Of a stretch of DNA of 64,000 nt, positions 15,351 through 27,536 are shown piece by piece. Below the pieces are notes generated by a model. The model searched no databases and was not told the origin of the DNA. It saw only the letters and a list, made by a program, of their open reading frames with translations. The stretch spans positions 15,624,001 through 15,688,000 of the forward strand of contig OZ024754.1 in assembly GCA_964016885.1 (NCBI GenBank), written 5' to 3'. The position numbers were made by a program, and so were the translations under genes. This DNA is from Eledone cirrhosa. Lineage: Eukaryota. The stretch's first letter is position 1; each line of letters opens with the position of its first letter.

Positions 15351-15620
15351 CTATTGGGGTGATAACCCGTTTAGTTTTGGTTTAAATTTGTTAAGGAATA
15401 GATTTTCTTTGTTTATTCTTTGTTGCTGTGTGAACGAATCTGAGCACTTGTAGAAGGGGAAGATTTTAAAGTTGGGTAGTGTCATTCCTGCGCAGTTCGC
15501 AATATGGCTGCTCAAGGGGATTTTTCTTGTGTTAGCGTCCCGGATTTGTTGGCGGTGGATGGTCATTCTTTTGCGTAATGAGGTGCCCGTCTGTCCTATG
15601 TAGTTGTGTTTGCACCCACC
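15351..15620 (-). pseudogene. PLE GIY-YIG C-terminal fragment (different family, Neptune-like)
   Basis: GGCKHNYIGQTGTSLRKRMTIHRQQIRD...HIANC...RINKENLFLNKFKPKLN stop. Clade assignment is from memory. Confidence 0.8.
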
Positions 15621-15707
15621 TTTCCTTCTTCCTTTTCCAGCCTCACTTTCATATAGATTATATTTTTGTTTTTAAAATCCACTGTCAATAAATACACCAG
15701 GATTCTT

Positions 15708-15755
15708 TCATTCTGATGACTGAAAGCAAATTTTAAATGAAATAATTATCTTATG
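15708..15755 (+). ncRNA. Possible decayed hammerhead ribozyme
   Basis: CTGATGA...GAAA-TAATTA-TC with palindromic stem III; stems I and II pair poorly. Confidence 0.4.
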
Positions 15756-15767
15756 TTGTTTATTACA

Positions 15768-15832
<65 letters not shown>

Positions 15833-15871
15833 AGTGGGGAGTGTGTGTATATATAATAAAGTATATATATT

Positions 15872-15937
<66 letters not shown>

Positions 15938-16043
15938 AAGTATATATTTTGATTATGAGAATATTTTTCATTTGTTAGTATTTTGAATAAAATTATATAT
16001 ATATATAATTATATATATATATATTTATATATAAATATATATT

Positions 16044-16074
<31 letters not shown>

Positions 16075-16134
16075 ATATATATAAAATATTAAACAAATAA
16101 TGAACAAACAATTCCTTATATTAAACAAAAAAAG

Positions 16135-16289
16135 TTCACTATTTAACGATCGTTTCTAGGGCATATATGTGCTATAATTGGTATGCATATTTAACAGATC
16201 TATGTACAAAATTATACAAAATTATACAAATTATCAAGATTAAATATACATACCTAACACATATATACGCCGTCTTCAGAAATAATGAA
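16135..16289 (-). ncRNA. Type I hammerhead ribozyme, long stem II (left arm)
   Basis: Reverse complement of 27098-27252. Confidence 0.8.
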
Positions 16290-17065
16290 GTATATTTATT
16301 GATAATAACAACAATTCAAAATATCAGTTCAAAATTGACCAATGAAAACACAAAGGGTTAAAAAGCAGTTTGGTGTGTGTATATACATGTAAAACCCTAC
16401 ACACATTTTACAATAATGTGTGTATAATATGTATGTGCATACTAAAAAGATGGATGCAAATAAAAAATTTCAAGGTTAATATCTCTGTAAGCTTAATGCG
16501 CTGATAAGAAACGCAATGATACTTATGTAGTCAAGCATATAAATATATTTTTTTCATACTCACACATATCAGTATAATCACACATACATGTGCGTATATA
16601 TATAAAATATACACATAACCACGAACACACAAACACACACACACCCCCCACTCACATTTATATATGTGGATATAAAATCATAAGCAAATAGAAATTAAGT
16701 CAATCACATAAACACACTGGTACACACATTTCAAGATCAAGATACAGAAATTAGGTGGGAGGGGGGGGGAGGGGTCAGTATTAGGTTGTCAGACAGACAG
16801 CCTAATATAAATGTATCTATAAATTATGAAAAATAAAAAATAAAAAAATAAAAACAATAAAATATATTACATATAATATAATGTACATGCGCATACAGAT
16901 ATACATACACATACGTACATGTACGCGCACATAGAGATATCTACACATACATACATACACACATACCTATACTGTCATACATACACATACATTTACACGA
17001 ACATACACATACACATATAAAAAGATAAAAATACGGACACACACACGCGCAACACATACACACAT

Positions 17066-17116
<51 letters not shown>

Positions 17117-17227
17117 TATACACACACACACATAGACTCATATATATATACATACACATACATATACTTATACATAAACATATATATCCCACACTCATAT
17201 CACCATGAAAACACATACAAACATCCA

Positions 17228-17275
<48 letters not shown>

Positions 17276-17372
17276 AACATACACACACGTACACATATAT
17301 GCATATATACATACATATATACACACATACACATATATATATATATACACACACACATAAAATACAGACATG

Positions 17373-17403
<31 letters not shown>

Positions 17404-17499
17404 TTCATTACCCTTATATATACACATAGTATATATACATACACAACCTCACTTATACACATATACGCATAAGTTATATTACAATAATAATAAAGAATA

Positions 17500-17530
<31 letters not shown>

Positions 17531-17669
17531 TATACACACATATACACATATACATACATACACATACATATACATACATACATACACATACATACATACA
17601 CCTAAATATAAACATATATAAATACACACATACGAATAAAGACATATATTCACACATAGACACCTATAT

Positions 17670-17713
<44 letters not shown>

Positions 17714-17803
17714 ATATACACACACATACACATACATACACATATATATATATATATACACATACATACACACGCACACACATACAGACACACATACACA
17801 CTC

Positions 17804-17841
<38 letters not shown>

Positions 17842-19523
17842 GAGTGTGCGCAAATACATACATATATATACACACACACATACAAACACACACAAACACA
17901 TACATATGCATACATGCACACACACACACATATATCACATAGATACGAAGATAAACATATAAATAGAGAGACATACAAATATATACAGAACCCATATACA
18001 CATACATGCAAACACGCATATACATATATACATATATACACACATATATATTCCTATATACAAGCATACACATACGCGCACATATATACATATACCTACA
18101 CATATATATACCACACATTCACATACACGTACATATATAATACATATATATACATACATATACATACATATGTATGTACAATCATATATACACACTCAAT
18201 CTTACATTCATATTTACATGCTCATATATGTATTTTTATATCTAGAAATAAATACCAAAAAAACTATATAGACACCCATCTACCCAAATTCATACATATA
18301 CACTTACAAAAACAGATGATAATAGTATGGGGGAAAGGGGGGGGTTTGGAGAAGGGGATCAAAGTAAATATATGTTTCAAGAAACCTATAATATTTTCCA
18401 TATCTTAATTCAATGTATGTTCTTACATATTTTCAATGCTAGGAAATACGAAATCTATGCATCACAAAATAAAAAAGTATACCATTAATCATATGTCAAC
18501 TAAACCAAAGATAGTCAACATATTGATTTCCAAGGTGTAAATTAGTTAGGTTTATAATATTTGAAGCAGAATTATGAAGTCAAACAGTAGTAGATTATTA
18601 ATTACATTATAACTAAATTAAAGTTAATAATAGGGAAAAGAAACCCAAATAAAAATAAAATAAAGTATTACATCGGTAGTAGCATATAAATTATATGTTA
18701 ACTAAGTTAAAAATTATATATTTATTTCAATAGTATATGTTAATTAGTATATGTTAATTAGGTATACAATACATAAAGCAGATATTGTATTTCATCAAAA
18801 GCATAATATAATTATATGCAAATAAAAATCAAAATTAATACGCATACACATACATATACATACACATACACATACATATACATATACATACACATATATA
18901 TATATATATATACATATATATACACACATACATACATATATAGTCACATAAATATACATACAGATACACATACAATACACACATATACATATACATATAG
19001 ATATACATATCTTTTTCAAAAAATTTGCACAGAATATATTAACTAGGTATATATCCAAAAACACCTCCCATTCTATGATTACATGAAATTCTGCAATTCG
19101 TCTGTACAAGGATACTAATTTTAAGCAAATTAAAATTAAAATTAAAGTTTTAGGTTGATTAAAGCTAAAACCAAATAATAAATATATTTCCAAAATGTAT
19201 ATTAATTAGGTCAATAATACTAAAAATTCTTTCTCCGTCATAGGATACATGATATTATTTTGTTATATTTTATCTGTAAAAGAATTATAATAAAAAAAAA
19301 TTTTATAATAAAAGGTTAAACTAAATTAAAAAATTATAATAAAAGGTTAAAATAAGTTAAAATTAATCTATAAATTAAATTACTGAATATATATTAGTAA
19401 TATTTAAAGGTTTTTCAAAATTAATGATTACATAATATTTTCTCATCTGTAATAAAATATTAATTAAATTAAATTTATAGGTTAACTAACATTTAAATTA
19501 AATTAAATTCTAGAATAATGTTA

Positions 19524-22217
19524 TTAATTAGGTTTATAATATTTAAATGTTTTTTTTAGTTTATGATTACACGATATAATTAATTCCTGTCTTTTATTTA
19601 ATAAGATATCCCTAGACTTCATTATTTCAAATAGTTCTTGGGAACATAATCTACATTCCTTTCTATTATTTTGATAAGGGGTGGCTCTTTTGAGCACACT
19701 CCAGGTCAAATCATATTTTATATTTTTATTTTTATAACTATTGATTTTTTCTGCTAGAGATGTTGTATTAGCCAGTGCGGCATTTTTAAAGCTATGTTTG
19801 TGGGTATTATACCTTGTCTTAAAATTGTTAGAGGTAGCTCCTATATATGAGCAAATAGAATCTTTAGTTTTAACATTACATTTATAGACTATGTTGTTAA
19901 CAAGACAATTCCCTTTTAATGGGCAGTTTGTTTTGTTTCTACAGTTACATCCTTTCGTTAATTCTGTATTTGAGGAGATATTATTGTTAATTTGATGTAC
20001 TGGTGGTATACTTATAGTTTTCTTACATTTATATGCATTATATGCACTTATATTTTGTTTTATGTTATTTGTTGTAGAATATGAGAATTTAACTGTAGAC
20101 CTATTTAAGATTTGATGGTATTTGTGGTTTGGCGGGAAGTTTTTCTCAAGGATATAAAAAAATTTTTTAGCAATATTATCCTTAACTTGTAAATTAAAAG
20201 GAGCATTATACCAAGTAACTCGTCTATTACGGTTTCTATGTTGTTTATTATTTTTATTATTTTTATATGTTGTATCATGATTTTTACTAGGAGGAATAAT
20301 GTTAATGATCTCACCACAACTATTTTTAGTTATATTTGTAGATTTAGGTGTTTTATCTTTTTTATTAGGAGTTTTATTATTAATATTTATTATAGTCTTA
20401 TGATGAGTAGTTTTTTGAGGGTTACTATACTTTATATTAGAAGATTTAGTATTTTGGGGTATACTGTGGGTGGCATTTAGGTGTGTACCTTTCATTTGGT
20501 GTTTGTTGGTAATATTATGCTGTATGTTTTCAGTATTTTTAGTAGAAGTTATATACTCTAATCTATTTTTGTGGCCACTTCTATCTAGAGCTTCATTATA
20601 AAAGGTCGCATTTTTATCAAATACATCTTGGTTAGAAGAAAGGTTAGAAATTCTAAGTGATATATTATATGCAAGGTTTTTAAGGATAGATTTAGGGTGA
20701 TTAGATTGTGAGTGTATGTAATGTAAGTTTTGGTTAGGTTTATGGTAAGGTTGGTATATACCCGTAGCTAAATCTAAAGTTATATCTAGGAAATTTACTA
20801 CTTTACTTGTTTTTTCAAAAGTAATATTAAGATTATAATAGTCCTTAAGGAAAGTTCTAATATGCTTTTTGTTTTTTTCGATTTCTGAAAGGCTAAGGTT
20901 GTTAGAAAGAAGAAGACAGTCATCACGATATAAACCACCTTTGAGGTGGGGAAAAGAGGCATTTATGTTGAAAAGGAGAAAGAGGCCCACAAGATCAGTA
21001 ATTTGGGCAGAATCGCTTGAACCCATAGTAATATCAAAAAGATTACTATAAGTGTTTCTGGTCCAGTATTCATTCTGAAATTCAATAAGTGTTTGTCTAG
21101 CATGTGTAATAATGTTAATGTCATCCGAAGTTAAATTAGATCTATTTTTAGCAAATATTAATGCTTTGTTCAGGAGTATGGGTGATATAGAAGAATAATA
21201 GTTATCTATATCAAACTGTAGGAAAGAAGCAGAAGATTTACACCTAATATTTTTAAACCAATTAATTACCTGGGAGGTGTTTTCCCAGAGTGGTAAAATA
21301 ACGTATTTTCTTATTTGTGGGATGACTCTATCTAAAATTTTTTTGCTAATTATTCCAATATCTGATTTGGAGGGACATATAAGTCTAATAGAAGGATTAG
21401 AGTTAAGGTTAGAAATTCTAAGTGATATATTATATGCAAGGTTTTTAAGGATAGATTTAGGGTGATTAGATTGTGAGTGTATGTAATGTAAGTTTTGGTT
21501 AGGTTTATGGTAAGGTTGGTATATACCCGTAGCTAAATCTAAAGTTATATCTAGGAAATTTACTACTTTACTTGTTTTTTCAAAAGTAATATTAAGATTA
21601 TAATAGTCCTTAAGGAAAGTTCTAATATGCTTTTTGTTTTTTTCGATTTCTGAAAGGCTAAGGTTGTTAGAAAGAAGAAGACAGTCATCACGATATAAAC
21701 CACCTTTGAGGTGGGGAAAAGAGGCATTTATGTTGAAAAGGAGAAAGAGGCCCACAAGATCAGTAATTTGGGCAGAATCGCTTGAACCCATAGTAATATC
21801 AAAAAGATTACTATAAGTGTTTCTGGTCCAGTATTCATTCTGAAATTCAATAAGTGTTTGTCTAGCATGTGTAATAATGTTAATGTCATCCGAAGTTAAA
21901 TTAGATCTATTTTTAGCAAATATTAATGCTTTGTTCAGGAGTATGGGTGATATAGAAGAATAATAGTTATCTATATCAAACTGTAGGAAAGAAGCAGAAG
22001 ATTTACACCTAATATTTTTAAACCAATTAATTACCTGGGAGGTGTTTTCCCAGAGTGGTAAAATAACGTATTTTCTTATTTGTGGGATGACTCTATCTAA
22101 AATTTTTTTGCTAATTATTCCAATATCTGATTTGGAGGGACATATAAGTCTAATAGAAGGATTAGAGTTAAAGTTAGATTTGTGATCTTTCAGGTTGAAG
22201 TGTGGACTTCTCAATGC
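19524..22217 (-). CDS. PLE reverse transcriptase + GIY-YIG endonuclease, 5'-truncated, with in-frame tandem duplication of the RT core
   Basis: Motifs LKDHK, LQFDIDNYY, TMGSSDSAQITDLVG, GLYRDD, VNFLDITL and YHKPN..YIH.QSNHP each occur twice. They are followed by CNCx5Cx5C, IVY..YIG, FKTRY, CRLCSQE and LNKRQE. The frame is open, but the ATG at 22274 lies in the opposite arm and is an inversion by-product. Confidence 0.88.
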   Translation of the reverse strand, partial: ALRSPHFNLKDHKSNFNSNPSIRLICPSKSDIGIISKKILDRVIPQIRKYVILPLWENTSQVINWFKNIRCKSSASFLQFDIDNYYSSISPILLNKALIFAKNRSNLTSDDINIITHARQTLIEFQNEYWTRNTYSNLFDITMGSSDSAQITDLVGLFLLFNINASFPHLKGGLYRDDCLLLSNNLSLSEIEKNKKHIRTFLKDYYNLNITFEKTSKVVNFLDITLDLATGIYQPYHKPNQNLHYIHSQSNHPKSILKNLAYNISLRISNLNSNPSIRLICPSKSDIGIISKKILDRVIPQIRKYVILPLWENTSQVINWFKNIRCKSSASFLQFDIDNYYSSISPILLNKALIFAKNRSNLTSDDINIITHARQTLIEFQNEYWTRNTYSNLFDITMGSSDSAQITDLVGLFLLFNINASFPHLKGGLYRDDCLLLSNNLSLSEIEKNKKHIRTFLKDYYNLNITFEKTSKVVNFLDITLDLATGIYQPYHKPNQNLHYIHSQSNHPKSILKNLAYNISLRISNLSSNQDVFDKNATFYNEALDRSGHKNRLEYITSTKNTENIQHNITNKHQMKGTHLNATHSIPQNTKSSNIKYSNPQKTTHHKTIININNKTPNKKDKTPKSTNITKNSCGEIINIIPPSKNHDTTYKNNKNNKQHRNRNRRVTWYNAPFNLQVKDNIAKKFFYILEKNFPPNHKYHQILNRSTVKFSYSTTNNIKQNISAYNAYKCKKTISIPPVHQINNNISSNTELTKGCNCRNKTNCPLKGNCLVNNIVYKCNVKTKDSICSYIGATSNNFKTRYNTHKHSFKNAALANTTSLAEKINSYKNKNIKYDLTWSVLKRATPYQNNRKECRLCSQELFEIMKSRDILLNKRQELIISCNHKLKKTFKYYKPN
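20641..22170. repeat. 765-bp tandem duplication (20641-21405 / 21406-22170)
   Basis: Identical ORFs at 20869 and 21634 (offset 765); junction AGAGTTA|AGGTTAGAAATTC. Confidence 0.93.
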
Positions 22218-23862
22218 CAAAGCATTAATATTTGCTAAAAATAGATCTAATTTAACTTCGGATGACATTAACATTATTACACATGCTAGACAAACACTTA
22301 TTGAATTTCAGAATGAATACTGGACCAGAAACACTTATAGTAATCTTTTTGATATTACTATGGGTTCAAGCGATTCTGCCCAAATTACTGATCTTGTGGG
22401 CCTCTTTCTCCTTTTCAACATAAATGCCTCTTTTCCCCACCTCAAAGGTGGTTTATATCGTGATGACTGTCTTCTTCTTTCTAACAACCTTAGCCTTTCA
22501 GAAATCGAAAAAAACAAAAAGCATATTAGAACTTTCCTTAAGGACTATTATAATCTTAATATTACTTTTGAAAAAACAAGTAAAGTAGTAAATTTCCTAG
22601 ATATAACTTTAGATTTAGCTACGGGTATATACCAACCTTACCATAAACCTAACCAAAACTTACATTACATACACTCACAATCTAATCACCCTAAATCTAT
22701 CCTTAAAAACCTTGCATATAATATATCACTTAGAATTTCTAACCTTTCTTCTAACCAAGATGTATTTGATAAAAATGCGACCTTTTATAATGAAGCTCTA
22801 GATAGAAGTGGCCACAAAAATAGATTAGAGTATATAACTTCTACTAAAAATACTGAAAACATACAGCATAATATTACCAACAAACACCAAATGAAAGGTA
22901 CACACCTAAATGCCACCCACAGTATACCCCAAAATACTAAATCTTCTAATATAAAGTATAGTAACCCTCAAAAAACTACTCATCATAAGACTATAATAAA
23001 TATTAATAATAAAACTCCTAATAAAAAAGATAAAACACCTAAATCTACAAATATAACTAAAAATAGTTGTGGTGAGATCATTAACATTATTCCTCCTAGT
23101 AAAAATCATGATACAACATATAAAAATAATAAAAATAATAAACAACATAGAAACCGTAATAGACGAGTTACTTGGTATAATGCTCCTTTTAATTTACAAG
23201 TTAAGGATAATATTGCTAAAAAATTTTTTTATATCCTTGAGAAAAACTTCCCGCCAAACCACAAATACCATCAAATCTTAAATAGGTCTACAGTTAAATT
23301 CTCATATTCTACAACAAATAACATAAAACAAAATATAAGTGCATATAATGCATATAAATGTAAGAAAACTATAAGTATACCACCAGTACATCAAATTAAC
23401 AATAATATCTCCTCAAATACAGAATTAACGAAAGGATGTAACTGTAGAAACAAAACAAACTGCCCATTAAAAGGGAATTGTCTTGTTAACAACATAGTCT
23501 ATAAATGTAATGTTAAAACTAAAGATTCTATTTGCTCATATATAGGAGCTACCTCTAACAATTTTAAGACAAGGTATAATACCCACAAACATAGCTTTAA
23601 AAATGCCGCACTGGCTAATACAACATCTCTAGCAGAAAAAATCAATAGTTATAAAAATAAAAATATAAAATATGATTTGACCTGGAGTGTGCTCAAAAGA
23701 GCCACCCCTTATCAAAATAATAGAAAGGAATGTAGATTATGTTCCCAAGAACTATTTGAAATAATGAAGTCTAGGGATATCTTATTAAATAAAAGACAGG
23801 AATTAATTATATCGTGTAATCATAAACTAAAAAAAACATTTAAATATTATAAACCTAATTAA
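22218..23862 (+). CDS. PLE RT (C-terminal part) + GIY-YIG endonuclease, 5'-truncated right-arm copy
   Basis: Protein identical to the C-terminal ~547 aa of the minus ORF. It lacks the FDI motif aspartate, so the RT is incomplete. The first residues of the track ORF are chimeric. Confidence 0.88.
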
Positions 23863-25545
23863 TAACATTATTCTAGAATTTAATTTAATTTAAATGTTAG
23901 TTAACCTATAAATTTAATTTAATTAATATTTTATTACAGATGAGAAAATATTATGTAATCATTAATTTTGAAAAACCTTTAAATATTACTAATATATATT
24001 CAGTAATTTAATTTATAGATTAATTTTAACTTATTTTAACCTTTTATTATAATTTTTTAATTTAGTTTAACCTTTTATTATAAAATTTTTTTTTTATTAT
24101 AATTCTTTTACAGATAAAATATAACAAAATAATATCATGTATCCTATGACGGAGAAAGAATTTTTAGTATTATTGACCTAATTAATATACATTTTGGAAA
24201 TATATTTATTATTTGGTTTTAGCTTTAATCAACCTAAAACTTTAATTTTAATTTTAATTTGCTTAAAATTAGTATCCTTGTACAGACGAATTGCAGAATT
24301 TCATGTAATCATAGAATGGGAGGTGTTTTTGGATATATACCTAGTTAATATATTCTGTGCAAATTTTTTGAAAAAGATATGTATATCTATATGTATATGT
24401 ATATGTGTGTATTGTATGTGTATCTGTATGTATATTTATGTGACTATATATGTATGTATGTGTGTATATATATGTATATATATATATATATATGTGTATG
24501 TATATGTATATGTATGTGTATGTGTATGTATATGTATGTGTATGCGTATTAATTTTGATTTTTATTTGCATATAATTATATTATGCTTTTGATGAAATAC
24601 AATATCTGCTTTATGTATTGTATACCTAATTAACATATACTAATTAACATATACTATTGAAATAAATATATAATTTTTAACTTAGTTAACATATAATTTA
24701 TATGCTACTACCGATGTAATACTTTATTTTATTTTTATTTGGGTTTCTTTTCCCTATTATTAACTTTAATTTAGTTATAATGTAATTAATAATCTACTAC
24801 TGTTTGACTTCATAATTCTGCTTCAAATATTATAAACCTAACTAATTTACACCTTGGAAATCAATATGTTGACTATCTTTGGTTTAGTTGACATATGATT
24901 AATGGTATACTTTTTTATTTTGTGATGCATAGATTTCGTATTTCCTAGCATTGAAAATATGTAAGAACATACATTGAATTAAGATATGGAAAATATTATA
25001 GGTTTCTTGAAACATATATTTACTTTGATCCCCTTCTCCAAACCCCCCCCTTTCCCCCATACTATTATCATCTGTTTTTGTAAGTGTATATGTATGAATT
25101 TGGGTAGATGGGTGTCTATATAGTTTTTTTGGTATTTATTTCTAGATATAAAAATACATATATGAGCATGTAAATATGAATGTAAGATTGAGTGTGTATA
25201 TATGATTGTACATACATATGTATGTATATGTATGTATATATATGTATTATATATGTACGTGTATGTGAATGTGTGGTATATATATGTGTAGGTATATGTA
25301 TATATGTGCGCGTATGTGTATGCTTGTATATAGGAATATATATGTGTGTATATATGTATATATGTATATGCGTGTTTGCATGTATGTGTATATGGGTTCT
25401 GTATATATTTGTATGTCTCTCTATTTATATGTTTATCTTCGTATCTATGTGATATATGTGTGTGTGTGTGCATGTATGCATATGTATGTGTTTGTGTGTG
25501 TTTGTATGTGTGTGTGTATATATATGTATGTATTTGCGCACACTC

Positions 25546-25583
<38 letters not shown>

Positions 25584-25673
25584 GAGTGTGTATGTGTGTC
25601 TGTATGTGTGTGCGTGTGTATGTATGTGTATATATATATATATATGTGTATGTATGTGTATGTGTGTGTATAT

Positions 25674-25717
<44 letters not shown>

Positions 25718-25856
25718 ATATAGGTGTCTATGTGTGAATATATGTCTTTATTCGTATGTGTGTATTTATATATGTTTATATTTAGGTGTATGTATGTATG
25801 TGTATGTATGTATGTATATGTATGTGTATGTATGTATATGTGTATATGTGTGTATA

Positions 25857-25887
<31 letters not shown>

Positions 25888-25983
25888 TATTCTTTATTAT
25901 TATTGTAATATAACTTATGCGTATATGTGTATAAGTGAGGTTGTGTATGTATATATACTATGTGTATATATAAGGGTAATGAA

Positions 25984-26014
<31 letters not shown>

Positions 26015-26111
26015 CATGTCTGTATTTTATGTGTGTGTGTATATATATATATATGTGTATGTGTGTATATATGTATGTATATATGCATATATGTGTACGT
26101 GTGTGTATGTT

Positions 26112-26159
<48 letters not shown>

Positions 26160-26270
26160 TGGATGTTTGTATGTGTTTTCATGGTGGTATGAGTGTGGGA
26201 TATATATGTTTATGTATAAGTATATGTATGTGTATGTATATATATATGAGTCTATGTGTGTGTGTGTATA

Positions 26271-26321
<51 letters not shown>

Positions 26322-27097
26322 ATGTGTGTATGTGTTGCGCGTGTGTGTGTCCGTATTTTTATCTTTTTATATGTGTATGTGTATGTTCGTGTAAATGTAT
26401 GTGTATGTATGACAGTATAGGTATGTGTGTATGTATGTATGTGTAGATATCTCTATGTGCGCGTACATGTACGTATGTGTATGTATATCTGTATGCGCAT
26501 GTACATTATATTATATGTAATATATTTTATTGTTTTTATTTTTTTATTTTTTATTTTTCATAATTTATAGATACATTTATATTAGGCTGTCTGTCTGACA
26601 ACCTAATACTGACCCCTCCCCCCCCCTCCCACCTAATTTCTGTATCTTGATCTTGAAATGTGTGTACCAGTGTGTTTATGTGATTGACTTAATTTCTATT
26701 TGCTTATGATTTTATATCCACATATATAAATGTGAGTGGGGGGTGTGTGTGTGTTTGTGTGTTCGTGGTTATGTGTATATTTTATATATATACGCACATG
26801 TATGTGTGATTATACTGATATGTGTGAGTATGAAAAAAATATATTTATATGCTTGACTACATAAGTATCATTGCGTTTCTTATCAGCGCATTAAGCTTAC
26901 AGAGATATTAACCTTGAAATTTTTTATTTGCATCCATCTTTTTAGTATGCACATACATATTATACACACATTATTGTAAAATGTGTGTAGGGTTTTACAT
27001 GTATATACACACACCAAACTGCTTTTTAACCCTTTGTGTTTTCATTGGTCAATTTTGAACTGATATTTTGAATTGTTGTTATTATCAATAAATATAC

Positions 27098-27252
27098 TTC
27101 ATTATTTCTGAAGACGGCGTATATATGTGTTAGGTATGTATATTTAATCTTGATAATTTGTATAATTTTGTATAATTTTGTACATAGATCTGTTAAATAT
27201 GCATACCAATTATAGCACATATATGCCCTAGAAACGATCGTTAAATAGTGAA
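27098..27252 (+). ncRNA. Type I hammerhead ribozyme with ~115-nt stem II
   Basis: Stem I TTCATTATTT/AAATAGTGAA; CTGAAGA (27108); stem II GGCGTATATATGTGTTA/TAGCACATATATGCC and GGTATGTATATTTAA/TTAAATATGCATACC; GAAA (27231); palindromic ACGATCGT; GTT cleavage triplet. Confidence 0.82.
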
Positions 27253-27435
27253 CTTTTTTTGTTTAATATAAGGAATTGTTTGTTCATTATTTGTTTAATA
27301 TTTTATCTTGACTCTGTATACCGTTTATCTTTCACCGAAATTGGATTTTCATTACATCTCTTCTTTCCATGATATCCGGAATACATTGAGTTCTTCATAC
27401 GGATTGGACACTACCGTAAACTCTTGGTAGATTTA

Positions 27436-27510
<75 letters not shown>

Positions 27511-27536
27511 AGTGGGGAGTGTGTGTGTGCACACGT

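Larger units (their letters stand above)
16082..27438. mobile_element. Penelope-like retroelement insertion in inverted (tails-out) configuration: arms 16082-21168 (-) and 22218-27305 (+), right arm with 133-bp extra tail
   Basis: Mirror ORFs give coordinate sums of 43386/43387 throughout. Each arm consists of a truncated RT-EN ORF, a 3.2-kb 3' region and an HHR. Confidence 0.93.

Noticed and set aside
16495-16520. CTGATAAGAAACG as a hammerhead core
   Set aside because: There is no stem II or stem III, and it is antisense to the element.
13734-18408. YI/CV/HT-rich ORFs here and at 24-31 kb and 35-43 kb
   Set aside because: These are translations of dinucleotide microsatellites.
23925-23987. 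HHR-like CAGATGA...GAAA just after the PLE stop (also TAGATGA...GAAA at ~9007)
   Set aside because: The core box is mutated and the stems are weak in very AT-rich sequence, so it may be chance.
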